The notes: a model not told the origin generated them from the letters alone. A stretch of 64,000 nt of DNA from Candidatus Omnitrophota bacterium (GCA_018823795.1 JAHJGZ010000132.1:21755-85754), one strand, 5' to 3'; counted from the stretch's first letter, positions 1-11,268 are shown. Numbers and translations: made by a program.

Positions 1-962
1 TTAAAGAGCGGACAAGCCAGTGGTTTTATTTTTCCCTTAATAACATCTCCGCAACAACATCCCGACGGTTCAGGTACGCTGGTAATTTTAAAATCTATTA
101 AATTCTGAGCATCAAACTGCGCAAAATCACTTTTCAGCTGTAATCCACTCATTGGTAATTCGCCAATCCCTCTCCATCGTGCATTACACTTTGAAAAAAC
201 GGTATACATAATATCGTGTGCTGTGCGGTTCCCTTCTTTGGTAACAAACCGAGCATATTGATTTTGAATAGCTGCCTCCTTTTTTGAAACAATATCTAAC
301 AATAAATAAATTCCTTCAAGTATATCTACCGATTCAAAACCAGTAATGACACCAGAGGCCTGATAGGTCTCGACCATAAATCGATAGGCATCCTCTCCTA
401 TTATTGAACTCACATGCCCCGGGAGTAGAAATCCATCTATGGGACAATCTCCGTCAGATAAAAGCGCTTGCAATGCAGGCGGGATAAGTTTAAAGGCACA
501 TAAGAGATACAGGTTTTTTATCTTGTCTTTCTGAGCCCGCAGGAGGATAGAAGCAAAAAGGGGAATGGTAGTTTCAAATCCAACCCCAAAAAGTATAATA
601 TCCTTATGTGGTTCCTCTCGTGCATATTCCAACGCATCAAGAGGGCTGTACATAATCTTAACATTCGCATTGCTCTGTGCTCGTGCCAACTCCAACGTAC
701 CACTCACTCCCGGCACTTTCATCATATCTCCAAAACAAAAAAATACTGTATTCTCTCGACACGCTAATTCAATAGCATTTTGAACGATCTCAAGAGGAGT
801 TACACAAACAGGGCATCCCGGTCCTGACACAAGCGTAACCGTCGAAGGAAGTCCAAAACGAATACCTGTTTTGAACAAAGCCATAGTATGCGTACCGCAC
901 ACTTCCATTATCGTTACCTTTTCCGTAAAGGTATGAATTCTTTCAAGAAGATGACGAGCCAT
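1..962 (-). CDS. hypD: [NiFe]-hydrogenase maturation protein HypD (3' end cut by window edge)
   Basis: My own minus-strand translation from the ATG at 962 reads MARHLLERIHTFTEKVTIMEVCGTHTMALFK...VSGPGCPVCVTPLE, which carries HypD signature motifs. The frame stays open to position 1. It is absent from the ORF track because no stop falls in the window. Confidence 0.9.
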   Translation of the reverse strand, partial: MARHLLERIHTFTEKVTIMEVCGTHTMALFKTGIRFGLPSTVTLVSGPGCPVCVTPLEIVQNAIELACRENTVFFCFGDMMKVPGVSGTLELARAQSNANVKIMYSPLDALEYAREEPHKDIILFGVGFETTIPLFASILLRAQKDKIKNLYLLCAFKLIPPALQALLSDGDCPIDGFLLPGHVSSIIGEDAYRFMVETYQASGVITGFESVDILEGIYLLLDIVSKKEAAIQNQYARFVTKEGNRTAHDIMYTVFSKCNARWRGIGELPMSGLQLKSDFAQFDAQNLIDFKITSVPEPSGCCCGDVIKGKIKPLACPLF

Positions 963-978
963 TACCGGATCTTTAAAA

Positions 979-1203
979 TTATCGAGAATGCTCGAATAAT
1001 TGTTTGAAATATCCGATGGTTTCAAGAGCGTCCTCCTTATCAAGTTTATGTATCGCAAAGCCTGCATGAACAATCACATATTCTCCGACTGTAGGCTTTT
1101 CGATCAAATCAAAAGCAACTTTTTTATCTATTCCCATGAAATTGACTAAACCATTTTTCTCGTTGAACATCTCTTTTATTCGTCCGGGTACTGCCAAACA
1201 CAT
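979..1203 (-). CDS. hypC: hydrogenase assembly chaperone HypC/HupF
   Basis: 74 aa with N-terminal MCLAVPGRI (essential Cys2). Typical HypC size and position between hypF and hypD. Confidence 0.9.
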   Translation of the reverse strand: MCLAVPGRIKEMFNEKNGLVNFMGIDKKVAFDLIEKPTVGEYVIVHAGFAIHKLDKEDALETIGYFKQLFEHSR

Positions 1204-1215
1204 GTTCTTCTCCGT

Positions 1216-2379
1216 CTAACTTTCTTGTTTATTATTCACCATACTATTTTTTATGGTATTGGCTGCCACTAACGTCTGCCCCACACAAATTCCTAAGTCA
1301 TTGACAGGAATATTGTTACTTTCTAAAAGTCTAAATCCTGCTTCTTTCAACAATTGAGAGACTAAAGAATACAATAACTTATTTTGAAACACGCCACCAC
1401 TCAGTACGACAGTTTTAAGACCGGTATCATCGCTAATTAATGTCACCATATCCAAGATAAGTTTTGCCAGTGAATTATGAAATCGACGGGCAATACATGC
1501 TGTTGAAACCTTCCTTTTTAAGTCTGAAATAAGCTCTGTAAAAAATGATTCATAAGAAACAACATATAGATTATCTTTATTGATAACAGTAAATGAATAT
1601 GCCTGAGTATCATCAACGAGCGATGCCTGTGTTTCCAGATTAATAGCAGCTTCTGCTTCAGAAGTATTAATATACGTAATTCCCAACAAGGCTGAAACCG
1701 CATCAAAGAGTCTTCCGCAACTCGAAGTTAAAGGAACGTTAACACCTTTATCAATCATAGATCTTAAAAAGTCCCACGATTTTTTTGATACGTATTGATT
1801 TAAAGGAAAATCACTGTCGAGACATAAATCTTTATTACATTCATACAATAAACTTACTGCCATTCGCCATGGTTCTCGTACTGCCGTATCGCCACCGGGC
1901 ATTTTTAAATATTGTAAATGACCGCTTCTATGCCACGTACGGGGAGAAACTACTAAAAATTCTCCTCCCCATATATGTCCATCACTGCCATATCCCGTGC
2001 CGTCAAAACAAACCCCGATAACTGCAGTGTCTACCTCTACCGCTGCTAACATACTGGCTATGTGAGCATGATGATGTTGAACTTCTACACAAGGAATATT
2101 CTTAAAGATCGATGTTACACGAGAGGAAAAATACGAAGGATGAAGGTCATGAGCAATAATATCAGGCGAGAGAGTTAATTCATCTTTCATTTCCCTCACC
2201 TTATTTACAAACTTGAGAAAATTTTCTTGATATGCTAAATCCTCATTATCATCAGAAATATATATATACCCATTGTTAAAGAAAGAAAACCTATTCTTTA
2301 TATCAGCCCCACAGGCAAAGATACAGGCTGTTTTTTCATGTAATCCTTTTAAAGACAGAGACGGTATTAATTGTGGCAC
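1216..2379 (-). CDS. hypF: HypF-like carbamoyltransferase, C-terminal Kae1-like domain only
   Basis: 387 aa with HDLHPSYFSS and VQHHHAHIAS motifs typical of the HypF C-terminal half. The acylphosphatase, Zn-finger and YrdC-like parts are missing, and the upstream 120 nt is non-coding. Confidence 0.75.
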   Translation of the reverse strand: MPQLIPSLSLKGLHEKTACIFACGADIKNRFSFFNNGYIYISDDNEDLAYQENFLKFVNKVREMKDELTLSPDIIAHDLHPSYFSSRVTSIFKNIPCVEVQHHHAHIASMLAAVEVDTAVIGVCFDGTGYGSDGHIWGGEFLVVSPRTWHRSGHLQYLKMPGGDTAVREPWRMAVSLLYECNKDLCLDSDFPLNQYVSKKSWDFLRSMIDKGVNVPLTSSCGRLFDAVSALLGITYINTSEAEAAINLETQASLVDDTQAYSFTVINKDNLYVVSYESFFTELISDLKRKVSTACIARRFHNSLAKLILDMVTLISDDTGLKTVVLSGGVFQNKLLYSLVSQLLKEAGFRLLESNNIPVNDLGICVGQTLVAANTIKNSMVNNKQES

Positions 2380-2499
2380 AGGAAACCTCAGCGGTAATAA
2401 TTATTATTTTTTTGACTGTAGCAAACGTTGTGCGAGTAGACGACACTTTTATAAGAAGGGAATACTAATAAAATTTATATACTACAGTAAAACGTAGAA

Positions 2500-2856
2500 C
2501 TACGCTCTACCATAATCATCTTCACTGCGGACGCTATCATCCTCTTCAAGATACTCACCAAAGGCAACCTCAATAAAAATCATTGGTTCATCACCAACGT
2601 TACTCATACGATGAAATGTTTCGACCGGGATATCGACTACCGAGTTTTTTTCGACAGAAATATCATTATCACCTATTCGCACAATCCCTCTTCCTGCCGT
2701 AATAATCCAATGTTCTTTTCTCTGTGCATGTTTTTGTAAACTTAATCGTGCATGAGGCTTAACTTCAATCCGTTTAACCCACATACCTGGTTCACGTTTC
2801 AATACTTCATAATCTCCCCAAGGGCGTTTTTCATATTCTTTCTTTTTAGTAGCCAC
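2500..2856 (-). CDS. cupin-domain protein (mannose-6-phosphate isomerase type II C-terminal-like)
   Basis: 118 aa; RPWGDYEVL ... KRIEVKPHARLSLQKHAQRKEHWII is the cupin beta-barrel signature. Confidence 0.7.
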   Translation of the reverse strand: MATKKKEYEKRPWGDYEVLKREPGMWVKRIEVKPHARLSLQKHAQRKEHWIITAGRGIVRIGDNDISVEKNSVVDIPVETFHRMSNVGDEPMIFIEVAFGEYLEEDDSVRSEDDYGRA

Positions 2857-2894
2857 TATGCTTTTGCTCCTTAATAAGTGTACCGTCTCTCCGA

Positions 2895-3416
2895 TTAAAA
2901 ATGAATCAAGGAATATATATCATACCCCTGTAGCTTGTCTTTGCCATGCAAAAAGTCAAGTTCGATCAAAAAGGAAAGCCCCGTAACGACCCCGCCCAAC
3001 TTTTCGATCAACTGCACCACCGCTTCAGACGTGCCACCAGTCGCTAAAAGATCATCCACAATCAAAATTTTGGCACCTTTCCCAATAGCATCTTCATGTA
3101 TTTCAATAGTATCTTCACCATATTCCAAAGAATAGGTTACTGCCTGTGTTTTTGCAGGAAGTTTCCCTTTTTTTCTAATTGGCGAAAAACCTTTTCCAAG
3201 CTTATACGCAACAGCAGATCCAAAAATAAAACCACGCGATTCAATTCCAACGATTAAATCAATTTCCAGATTTTTCACTTGATCAAGCATGGCATCAACC
3301 GCACATTGAAAAGCATCTTTATCCTTTAATAAGGTTGTTATATCCTTAAAAATAATTCCCTTCTTAGGAAAGTCCGGAACATCGCGGATTGTTTTCTTTA
3401 AGCATTCTACATTCAT
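2895..3416 (-). CDS. apt: adenine phosphoribosyltransferase
   Basis: [16 protein letters not shown] and the PRPP loop [14 protein letters not shown] moved the start to the ATG at 3416, which follows a GAGGAGAG SD; the ORF-track start at 3461 overlaps the sigma gene. Confidence 0.9.
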   Translation of the reverse strand: MNVECLKKTIRDVPDFPKKGIIFKDITTLLKDKDAFQCAVDAMLDQVKNLEIDLIVGIESRGFIFGSAVAYKLGKGFSPIRKKGKLPAKTQAVTYSLEYGEDTIEIHEDAIGKGAKILIVDDLLATGGTSEAVVQLIEKLGGVVTGLSFLIELDFLHGKDKLQGYDIYSLIHF

Positions 3417-3435
3417 GTTCTCTCTCCTCTCGTAT

Positions 3436-4593
3436 TTACAAATAGTGTTCCAACTTGTCATCTTGCTCTTTTAACTGATCACGAATTTTCTTGAGAGCGG
3501 CAAATTCGATCTGTCGAACTCGTTCACGGGTAATACCAAACTGTTGCGCAGTCTCTTCGAGCGTATGAGCGTCGTGATTATGAAGACCGAACCGTAAAAT
3601 TAAAATTTTCTTTTCGCGTTCACTTACATAATTAAGCAAGGTTTCAATGCGCTCGCTCTTTGAAACCTGGTGTGCCTCTTCATACGGTCGACTTAACGAT
3701 TCATCTTCAATGAGATCCATCAATTGTGCATCACCTTCAATACTCACCGATGCATGCAATGAACTCGGACACGATGTTGCTACGTCCTCAATATCCTTAA
3801 CCTTTTCAGGGGGAAGCTTCAAGAGCTTAGCAATTTCCCTTTGGGTTGGAACACGCCCTAATTTTTGAGATAAATGTTTTTTCGCTTTGCGCCATCGGTT
3901 CATTGTCTCAAACATATGTACCGGAATACGGATGAGCTTTCCTTGGTTTGAAAGCGCCCGCATAATTGACTGTTTTATCCACCACGATGCATACGTACTA
4001 AATCGATATCCTCTTTTATAATTAAACTTATCAACGGCTCGCATTAACCCAATATTACCTTCTTCTACAATATCTGAAAAAGGAAGTGTTAAATTCATGT
4101 AGCGCTTACCAATATTAATAACCAACCGTAAGTTGCTTCTAATCATCTTACGTCGTGCTTGTTTCCAGCGACTTTTTTTCAATTGAATTGTTCGAGATAG
4201 ACTAAGTTCCTCTGACGCAGTTAACAGTGGTATGTGTTCGATTTGATTGAGGTAAATACGCATTGGAGTCAACCCCTGAGCACGTTGTGACGTGGCGGCC
4301 AACTCCTGTGCCTTTAATTTTTTTGATGCAACTTGATCTTTTGTTGCCTTCTGAACAACCTCTTTTTCTTTTTTCTTTTCTGTTTTCTTACGAGCTCGCT
4401 GAGCCCTCTTTTTAGAGAGTTTACGGCGTTGTGGACGTTTTTTAATTTTCCTTTTACGTTTTTTTCTTCTTTTTTTTACAGTTTTTCTCTGAGACTTCGT
4501 GCGTGGTTTTCTCACCCTCTTCCGAACCGACCGCAGGACAGCCCTTTTCCTCTTTTTTCTTTTAGCCTTCTTGCGCTTGTTGCTCTTTTTCAT
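3436..4593 (-). CDS. RNA polymerase sigma-70 family factor (RpoD-like) with a Lys/Arg-rich N-terminal extension
   Basis: Region 2 reads [34 protein letters not shown] and region 4.2 reads [11 protein letters not shown]. The first ~105 aa are mostly K/R. The ATG at 4593 overlaps the ppdK stop (TAATG). Confidence 0.9.
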   Translation of the reverse strand: MKKSNKRKKAKRKKRKRAVLRSVRKRVRKPRTKSQRKTVKKRRKKRKRKIKKRPQRRKLSKKRAQRARKKTEKKKEKEVVQKATKDQVASKKLKAQELAATSQRAQGLTPMRIYLNQIEHIPLLTASEELSLSRTIQLKKSRWKQARRKMIRSNLRLVINIGKRYMNLTLPFSDIVEEGNIGLMRAVDKFNYKRGYRFSTYASWWIKQSIMRALSNQGKLIRIPVHMFETMNRWRKAKKHLSQKLGRVPTQREIAKLLKLPPEKVKDIEDVATSCPSSLHASVSIEGDAQLMDLIEDESLSRPYEEAHQVSKSERIETLLNYVSEREKKILILRFGLHNHDAHTLEETAQQFGITRERVRQIEFAALKKIRDQLKEQDDKLEHYL

Positions 4594-7322
4594 TATTTTT
4601 TCTTCTGTTCGAGCACCGCTTGTGCCGCAGCTAAACGAGCGATAGGAACACGATACGGTGAGCAACTAACATAATTAAGCCCTATTTTAACAAAGAATTT
4701 TACCGATGCGGGATCGCCGCCATGTTCACCACAGACACCAATTTTGAGATTTTTACGCGTCGAACGCCCTCGATCGACGCCAATTTTGACCAATTGCCCT
4801 ACCCCTTCTATATCGATTGAAGCAAAAGGGTCATCCATGACAATTTTTTTATCAAGATAATCAGGCAAAAAACTTCCCACATCATCACGGCTGTACCCAA
4901 AGGTCATTTGTGTCAGGTCATTGGTACCAAATGAAAAGAATTCAGCTCGTTCTGCAACCGTATCAGCGACAAGGGTTGCACGAGGAATTTCAATCATGGT
5001 ACCGACGAGATAATGGATGTTCGCCTTTTTCACCTTAATAACTGCATCTGCTGTTTGACGCGTTAATTCTTCAAGAATATCAAACTCAGCTTTCGTTCCA
5101 ATAAGCGGAATCATAATTTCAGGAAGCACCGTTACTCCCTCCTCTGCGACATTACACGCGGCTTCAATAATAGCTTTCACTTGCATCGTACATATTTCCG
5201 GATAGGTAATCGAGAGACGACAGCCTCGGTGTCCTAACATCGGATTCATTTCGTGAAGACTCTCTACCTTCTTTTTTACCACCTCAGCTGTTGTTTTAAG
5301 CCGTTTTGCCATTTCTTCCTGTCCTTTTTCATCATGTGGAAGAAATTCATGAAGTGGTGGATCAAGTAAACGAATAGTCACGGGTAAACCATCCATTGCT
5401 TCAAAAATGCCTTCAAAATCCTGTCGTTGCAACGGTAAAAGTTTCTTCAATGCCTTCTCACGTCCCGCAAGGTCATTGGCAAGAATCATTTCCCGAACTG
5501 CCCAAATACGGTCACCTTCAAAAAACATATGTTCGGTACGACATAACCCGATCCCTTCTGCACCGAGCGCACGTGCAACCTGTGAATCTCGAGGTGAATC
5601 GGCATTGGTACGAACTTTGATTTTGCGCACTTTATCAGCCCACTTCATTACTTCAAGGAATATTATACATATCGGATGTTGCCGTGCTTTCTTATTGCCT
5701 TCAGCAATACCCGAAACAACTGGTGAAGAAGACGTACCTACATGGCCAAGGATAATTTCCCCTGTTGAACCATCAACTGAAATTTCATCACCCTCTTTAA
5801 CAATTTTGCTCCCCACGGTCATATTTTTTTTCGTGTAATCAATGTTAAGCGCGCCACACCCAACGACACAACATTTACCCCAGCCTCGCGCAACAACAGC
5901 TGCATGAGAAGTCATACCTCCGGTTGACGTTAAAATAGCCTGTGCTGCCCACATACCACTGACATCTTCAGGAGATGTTTCTTTTCTTACCAACATAACC
6001 TTTTTACCTTCCTGTGCCCAACGCACGGCATCATCCGCCGTAAATACAACGAGTCCATTCGCGGCACCAGGTCCTGCAGGGAGCCCCTTTGCAATTATCC
6101 GTTTTGCAGCAATAGCCGCCACTTTAGCCTTTGGATCAAGAATCGGAAAGAGAAGCTGGTTAAGATGATCCCCCTCAATCCTCTTGAGCCCCTCCTCTTC
6201 CGTAATGAGCTTTTCCTTTACCATATCCACGGCAATCTTCACTGCAGCAAGCCCCGTACGCTTGCCGGTCCGTGTTTGCAACATGAAAAGTTTCCCTTCC
6301 TGAATGGTAAATTCAATATCCTGCATATCCCGATAATGCTTTTCCAATTTATGACGAATAGTATCTAACTCTTTATAAATTTTGGGCATTCTCTTCTGCA
6401 AGGAGGCAATCTGTTCAGGAGTGCGAATACCAGCAACCACGTCCTCACCTTGTGCATTGATTAAATATTCACCAAAAAATTTATTTGTACCATCTGCTGG
6501 GTTACGGGTAAAACCAACCCCGGTCCCTGAATTCGACCCCATATTACCAAATACCATTGCTTGAACATTCACCGCAGTCCCTTTTAAGCCATGAAGTTTA
6601 TTAATATTGCGATAGGCAACAGCACGGGGAATATTCCATGAACCAATGACAGCATCTATGGCATAGCCAAGTTGTTCGCGGGCATCGGTTGGAAAATTTT
6701 TACCAACAGATTTTTTATATACCTTTTTATACGCGGCGACCACTTCCTTAAGTTCCTGAGTCTTTAAATCAGTATCTAGTTTGCGCTTGTATTTTTTCTT
6801 AATGCGTGTTAATTCGTGTTCAAAATACTCGTGATCAACCCCCATACACACATCACCAAACATATTAATAAAACGACGATATGAATCCCATGCCATACGT
6901 TCGTTTTTCGTCTTTTTCGTTAATCCGATAATCACATCGTCATTAATACCAAGGTTCAATACGGTGTCCATCATACCCGGCATCGAGACCGCAGCACCGC
7001 TACGAACTGACACGAGAAGCGGATTATCCTTATCCCCAAATTTCATTCCCATAGTTTTTTCAATTTTTTGGATATTACGTTCAATTTCTTTATCTAAACC
7101 GTCAGGCTTTTTCTTTCCGTGTGAATTGTAATATTCACATACATCGGTCGAAATGGTAAAACCGGGCGGCACCGGAACACCGATACTTGACATTTCCGCA
7201 AGATTAGCCCCTTTGCCACCTAATAATTCCTTCATTTTGGCGCTGCCTTCTGCTTTGCCGCCGCCAAAAAAATAAACGTATTTCTTTTTCTTCGCTGCTG
7301 ATTTCTTTGTGCTCTTACTCAT
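4593..7322 (-). CDS. ppdK: pyruvate, phosphate dikinase
   Basis: 909 aa with the phosphohistidine loop GGMTSHAAVVARGWG, GLCRTEHMF and CGEHGGDP. Confidence 0.95.
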   Translation of the reverse strand: MSKSTKKSAAKKKKYVYFFGGGKAEGSAKMKELLGGKGANLAEMSSIGVPVPPGFTISTDVCEYYNSHGKKKPDGLDKEIERNIQKIEKTMGMKFGDKDNPLLVSVRSGAAVSMPGMMDTVLNLGINDDVIIGLTKKTKNERMAWDSYRRFINMFGDVCMGVDHEYFEHELTRIKKKYKRKLDTDLKTQELKEVVAAYKKVYKKSVGKNFPTDAREQLGYAIDAVIGSWNIPRAVAYRNINKLHGLKGTAVNVQAMVFGNMGSNSGTGVGFTRNPADGTNKFFGEYLINAQGEDVVAGIRTPEQIASLQKRMPKIYKELDTIRHKLEKHYRDMQDIEFTIQEGKLFMLQTRTGKRTGLAAVKIAVDMVKEKLITEEEGLKRIEGDHLNQLLFPILDPKAKVAAIAAKRIIAKGLPAGPGAANGLVVFTADDAVRWAQEGKKVMLVRKETSPEDVSGMWAAQAILTSTGGMTSHAAVVARGWGKCCVVGCGALNIDYTKKNMTVGSKIVKEGDEISVDGSTGEIILGHVGTSSSPVVSGIAEGNKKARQHPICIIFLEVMKWADKVRKIKVRTNADSPRDSQVARALGAEGIGLCRTEHMFFEGDRIWAVREMILANDLAGREKALKKLLPLQRQDFEGIFEAMDGLPVTIRLLDPPLHEFLPHDEKGQEEMAKRLKTTAEVVKKKVESLHEMNPMLGHRGCRLSITYPEICTMQVKAIIEAACNVAEEGVTVLPEIMIPLIGTKAEFDILEELTRQTADAVIKVKKANIHYLVGTMIEIPRATLVADTVAERAEFFSFGTNDLTQMTFGYSRDDVGSFLPDYLDKKIVMDDPFASIDIEGVGQLVKIGVDRGRSTRKNLKIGVCGEHGGDPASVKFFVKIGLNYVSCSPYRVPIARLAAAQAVLEQKKK

Positions 7323-7373
7323 TCTGATTACTCCCCTTGGTTATTATGGTTCACTACAATACATTATTGATAG

Positions 7374-7583
7374 TTATACAGTTGTTAGCCCTTGAATCAA
7401 TCTAAGATCGGCGACCTCCTTGGTAAGCAATTCATTAACATATCTCAACAACAACATTCGATTCTCTTGTATCGTTGCATCCTTAACATTGACCAGTACT
7501 TGATCAAAAAACCTGTGTACTATATCAAAAAATGCCTCGGCATACAAGCAGGTTGCATCATTATATTTTTTGCCTTTAATCAA
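7374..7583 (-). pseudogene. glyS: C-terminal segment of GlyS in a different frame (apparent frameshift)
   Basis: FFDQVLVNVKDATIQENRMLLLRYVNELLTKEVADL matches the conserved GlyS C-terminus (FFD-V-V...NRL-LL). It follows the 653-aa ORF out of frame. Confidence 0.75.
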
Positions 7584-9541
7584 CGTTTGAATTCCCCTCG
7601 CTTCGCTTCATACACTTCATACAGTTCCTGTTCCAATGGCTCATGGAGTAAATTGCAAAGAACATGGCTTTGTAATTGTTTTTTATACGATTTGACAATA
7701 TTTCCTGTCCGTTCGACAACCTTGCACGCCTGCAGGAAGGATTTCCGTTGTACCTTATGGCGGTACATATCTTTGAGTACAGAAATACGTTCAAAAACAT
7801 TATAAATATCATCATATGAACTTTGTAAAACAGCGTCGACAATCATACGCTCGACAGACCCTGCCACTTCCTGTGTCTCATAAATAATTCTCTCTTTAAC
7901 GATATTCTTTGCCTGTGCAGACAGAGTTGCATAATCAACTTTAAGCTCTCCTTCATACATATTGTATGCGCATTGTATTAACTGGTCGAACGAAAAAGTC
8001 AAGCAACGGTTTCTGATAAGTTTGACCATCCCGCCCGATATACGCCGTAAGGCATAGGGATCCTCGCTTCCCGAGACTTCAATTCCCAACCCTAATGCAC
8101 CGATCAATGTGTCAATACGGTCGGCAACCCCTAAAAGTGCACTAAGCGTATCGGTAATATCTGATGGTTGTGATATGTTTTCATTGAGTGTACGCGGTAC
8201 ATAATGATCGCTCACCGCACGATATTGTTCCTCAGGACATTGTTCTCGCTTTAGATATTCACGACCGGCAACACCTTGTAGTTCGGGAAATTCAAAGACC
8301 AAATGTGTTACTAAATCAACTTTACATAACCGGGCTGCAATTGCTAGATGATTTTTGTTTTTTTCAGTACAAACTGCCGGAGGCATGTTCGTTATCAGGA
8401 AATCACACAAACGTTCTAGCCGTACAGACTTATCATAATACGTCCCTAACGATCCTAAAAAGACTACTTCTTTCAGTTTTTCCCGGTTGCTCGCTAATGG
8501 TTTTTTCGTGTCTTCTTCGATGAAAAATGCCGCATCGCGGAGGCGTGATTCAAGCACCCGCTCATAGCCTTGTACAATACTCTGGACATTTCTTCTCGTC
8601 CCATCAAGGACAGCAATAAAACATTTATCAAGCTGATCGTTATCTTTGCAATAGCAGGCAAAAATCTTTTGATGTTTTTTCATGCACGTCGCAAGAACGT
8701 CCGCTGGAAGGTTAAGATATTTCTCCTTGAAATATCCGTCCACAAGCATTGGTGATTCACATAAACGCGCAACAATTTCGATCAAATCTTTATCAAAACG
8801 GTCGATTTTTAATTGTAATTGTTTCCCCTCTTTTGCTAACAAATTTCTGATAATACTTATTCTTTCCTGTTCATCTAAGATGATCTTGCCTTTTTTAATT
8901 TTAGTAAAATACATTTTTGCATTGGTAACTTTAATCTTCCCCGGAGCATTATAGCGATGACCATATGTTATGTTTGAAACAACCAGTCCGGCACATTTAA
9001 AGGCAACCGTTTTTTTGCCGTAGAGACAAAGAATCCAACGAATCGGACGAGGAAAGCGAATGTTCGAATCATTCCACTTCATAGTGCGGGGAAAAGTAAA
9101 TAGTTCTAAAAAGCGAGGGAGTATCTCTTTCAGTACCAGTTCTGTCTTCTTCCCACCAGAAATTTTCTTTACGGCAACACAGTGACGCTTTTCATCTTTT
9201 ATTTCTATGAGATCTCCCGGCCCCACTGCTTTACTTTTCAAAAAACCAAGTAGTGCGCTCGTCGCTTTTCCTTTTGTATCATAACATTTTTCATATGCCG
9301 GCCCTTTGATAAGTACTTCTTGTTTCGCTTGAATGGGATGCAATCCAATGACATGAAAAACGATGCGGCGCGGAGTGATGTACATCTTACAATCTTCGAA
9401 AGAAAGACCGTGTGATTTTAATAACTCGCAAACTTTTTCTCTGCGGCTATAAATACAATCAAAATAAGAAGCCGGTAATTCTTCCATACCAATCTCAAAG
9501 ACAAGATCCTGTGGATTATTTTTTCTTCTTTTTGTTGCCAT
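7580..9541 (-). CDS. glyS: glycine--tRNA ligase beta subunit (main body)
   Basis: 653 aa directly downstream of and overlapping glyQ. Typical GlyS N-terminus ([14 protein letters not shown]). Confidence 0.9.
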   Translation of the reverse strand: MATKRRKNNPQDLVFEIGMEELPASYFDCIYSRREKVCELLKSHGLSFEDCKMYITPRRIVFHVIGLHPIQAKQEVLIKGPAYEKCYDTKGKATSALLGFLKSKAVGPGDLIEIKDEKRHCVAVKKISGGKKTELVLKEILPRFLELFTFPRTMKWNDSNIRFPRPIRWILCLYGKKTVAFKCAGLVVSNITYGHRYNAPGKIKVTNAKMYFTKIKKGKIILDEQERISIIRNLLAKEGKQLQLKIDRFDKDLIEIVARLCESPMLVDGYFKEKYLNLPADVLATCMKKHQKIFACYCKDNDQLDKCFIAVLDGTRRNVQSIVQGYERVLESRLRDAAFFIEEDTKKPLASNREKLKEVVFLGSLGTYYDKSVRLERLCDFLITNMPPAVCTEKNKNHLAIAARLCKVDLVTHLVFEFPELQGVAGREYLKREQCPEEQYRAVSDHYVPRTLNENISQPSDITDTLSALLGVADRIDTLIGALGLGIEVSGSEDPYALRRISGGMVKLIRNRCLTFSFDQLIQCAYNMYEGELKVDYATLSAQAKNIVKERIIYETQEVAGSVERMIVDAVLQSSYDDIYNVFERISVLKDMYRHKVQRKSFLQACKVVERTGNIVKSYKKQLQSHVLCNLLHEPLEQELYEVYEAKRGEFKR

Positions 9542-10430
9542 ATTGTTTTTTATGCAAAAGTGGAAATCCTAATGCTTCCCTTTTTTCTAAAAATTTTTCC
9601 GCACATAAACGAGCAATACTCCGTATCCGCGATATGTACCGCTGCCGTTCATTCACACTAATCGCGCCGCGTGCATCGAGAAGATTAAACACGTGAGAAG
9701 CTTTAAGGCAAAAATCATACGCAGGCAATACAAGATTTTTCTTCAATAAACGTTTTGCTTCCTCCTCATATTCACTAAAATAGCGCGTCGTATATTCAAT
9801 ATTTACTTCCTTAAAATTAAACTGAGAAAATTCCTTCTCTCCTTGTAAATGGACATCGCCGTAGGTAACATTTCTATTCCACATAATATCGAACATCGAC
9901 TCTTTGCCCTGTAAAAACATTGCGATACGTTCTAATCCATAGGTAATTTCACACGGGGTTACTTCAAGGTCAATACCACCACATTGCTGGAAGTAAGTAA
10001 ACTGTGTGATCTCGAGACTATCGAGCCATACTTCCCATCCAAGTCCCCATGCACCCAGTGTCGGAGAAGCCCAATCATCCTCCATAAAACGTATATCATG
10101 ATTGTCAATATCGACACCTATCGATCGTAAGCTCTCTAAATATATTTCCTGGATATTGTCTGGTGATGGTTTTAAAATTACCTGATACTGATAATAATGT
10201 TGTGTGCGGAGCGGGTTTTCTCCATAGCGACCATCAGTAGGCCTCCGTGACGGCTCAACGTAGGCAACATTCCATGGTTCAGGCCCGAGGGCACGCAAGA
10301 AGGTATGTGGTGAAAAAGTCCCTGCGCCAACTTCAAGATCGTAAGGCTGCGCAATGAGACAGTTCCCTTGTGACCAAAAGTTGTTGAGTTTTTGAATTAG
10401 CTCTTGAAAGGTAATAATGTTTTGAGACAT
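9516..10430 (-). CDS. glyQ: glycine--tRNA ligase alpha subunit
   Basis: 304 aa; [35 protein letters not shown] are the conserved GlyQ core. Confidence 0.95.
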   Translation of the reverse strand: MSQNIITFQELIQKLNNFWSQGNCLIAQPYDLEVGAGTFSPHTFLRALGPEPWNVAYVEPSRRPTDGRYGENPLRTQHYYQYQVILKPSPDNIQEIYLESLRSIGVDIDNHDIRFMEDDWASPTLGAWGLGWEVWLDSLEITQFTYFQQCGGIDLEVTPCEITYGLERIAMFLQGKESMFDIMWNRNVTYGDVHLQGEKEFSQFNFKEVNIEYTTRYFSEYEEEAKRLLKKNLVLPAYDFCLKASHVFNLLDARGAISVNERQRYISRIRSIARLCAEKFLEKREALGFPLLHKKQYGNKKKKK

Positions 10431-10587
10431 TCTTTAACTACTTGATTATAAGTTTAATTTTATCAGTAAGATATAGCAATTTTCTAACTTTATACACACC
10501 CATCGCTTAAAAGTTTGATGATTTTACCAAAAAGGCGAAATATTAGCAAGTTAAATTGGTACATTATGTTAATAGACCCTCCCTATT

Positions 10588-10621
10588 AAAAAGGGGACAT
10601 CGATAACCGACGTCCCCTTTT
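10588..10621 (-). terminator. Rho-independent terminator after comEA (bidirectional shape)
   Basis: The GGGGAC(10593-98)/GTCCCC(10612-17) stem is flanked by an A-run on one side and a T-run on the other. On the minus sense the hairpin is followed by TTTTT. Confidence 0.7.
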
Positions 10622-10670
10622 GCCTCCACCAAAGCTATATAGTTCAATTCCTTTTCTCTTCGATTACCTC

Positions 10671-10985
10671 CTATACTTTTAAATGTTCTTTAATTTTTTC
10701 AAATTTGGCGGTTCCTACGCCTTTCACTTTCATAATATCTTCAACAGTGCTAAATTTACCATTTTCACTTCTATAACGAATGATCCGCGTGGCTAATGTA
10801 GGGCCGATTCCACTAATCATTTGAAGCTCATCGACTGATGCAGTATTTATATTTGCCACAGGAACTTCAATTACTTCTGTCTCTGTTTGCGTATTGCTTC
10901 GTGCATAAACAGGAGCCGTTATACTTGAATTAACTACGAAAGTTGCGGTTAGAATCAGTATAAAACAAAATACTTTCTTCATCAT
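10671..10985 (-). CDS. comEA: ComEA-like helix-hairpin-helix DNA-binding protein with signal peptide
   Basis: N-terminal hydrophobic signal plus the HhH segment INTASVDELQMISGIGPTLATRIIRYR..VKGVG. Confidence 0.85.
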   Translation of the reverse strand: MMKKVFCFILILTATFVVNSSITAPVYARSNTQTETEVIEVPVANINTASVDELQMISGIGPTLATRIIRYRSENGKFSTVEDIMKVKGVGTAKFEKIKEHLKV

Positions 10986-11268
10986 AATCTCACCTCCTTT
11001 CTAAAAAATATGAAAGATATTATACCACTTATTGCTTTTTTGTCAATTTATATTTGCATATTATACATATTATTTGCATCTCTTTACTTGTTTGTTTTCA
11101 AACAGTTATGGAACTAATGTCAGAAAAAATGAATAAATATGGTATGATCGAATGAGCCATAATAGATATTAAAGGTGCAATGTATATGAATAATTGATAA
11201 AAGTATTTGCTAGTTTTAATAATACTCATTTATGAAATAAAATATGCGGATTAGTTAATATATTTTTA

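Noticed and set aside
5396-5838. Plus-strand ORFs of 60-143 aa inside ppdK, glyS, uvrA, the MCP gene and others (e.g. 5407..5838, 7392..7805, 8188..8523, 54374..54778, 55013..55381)
   Set aside because: They lie antisense to long minus-strand genes that have strong family signatures. Their sequences are low-complexity or odd in composition, and none has an SD. They are shadow ORFs.
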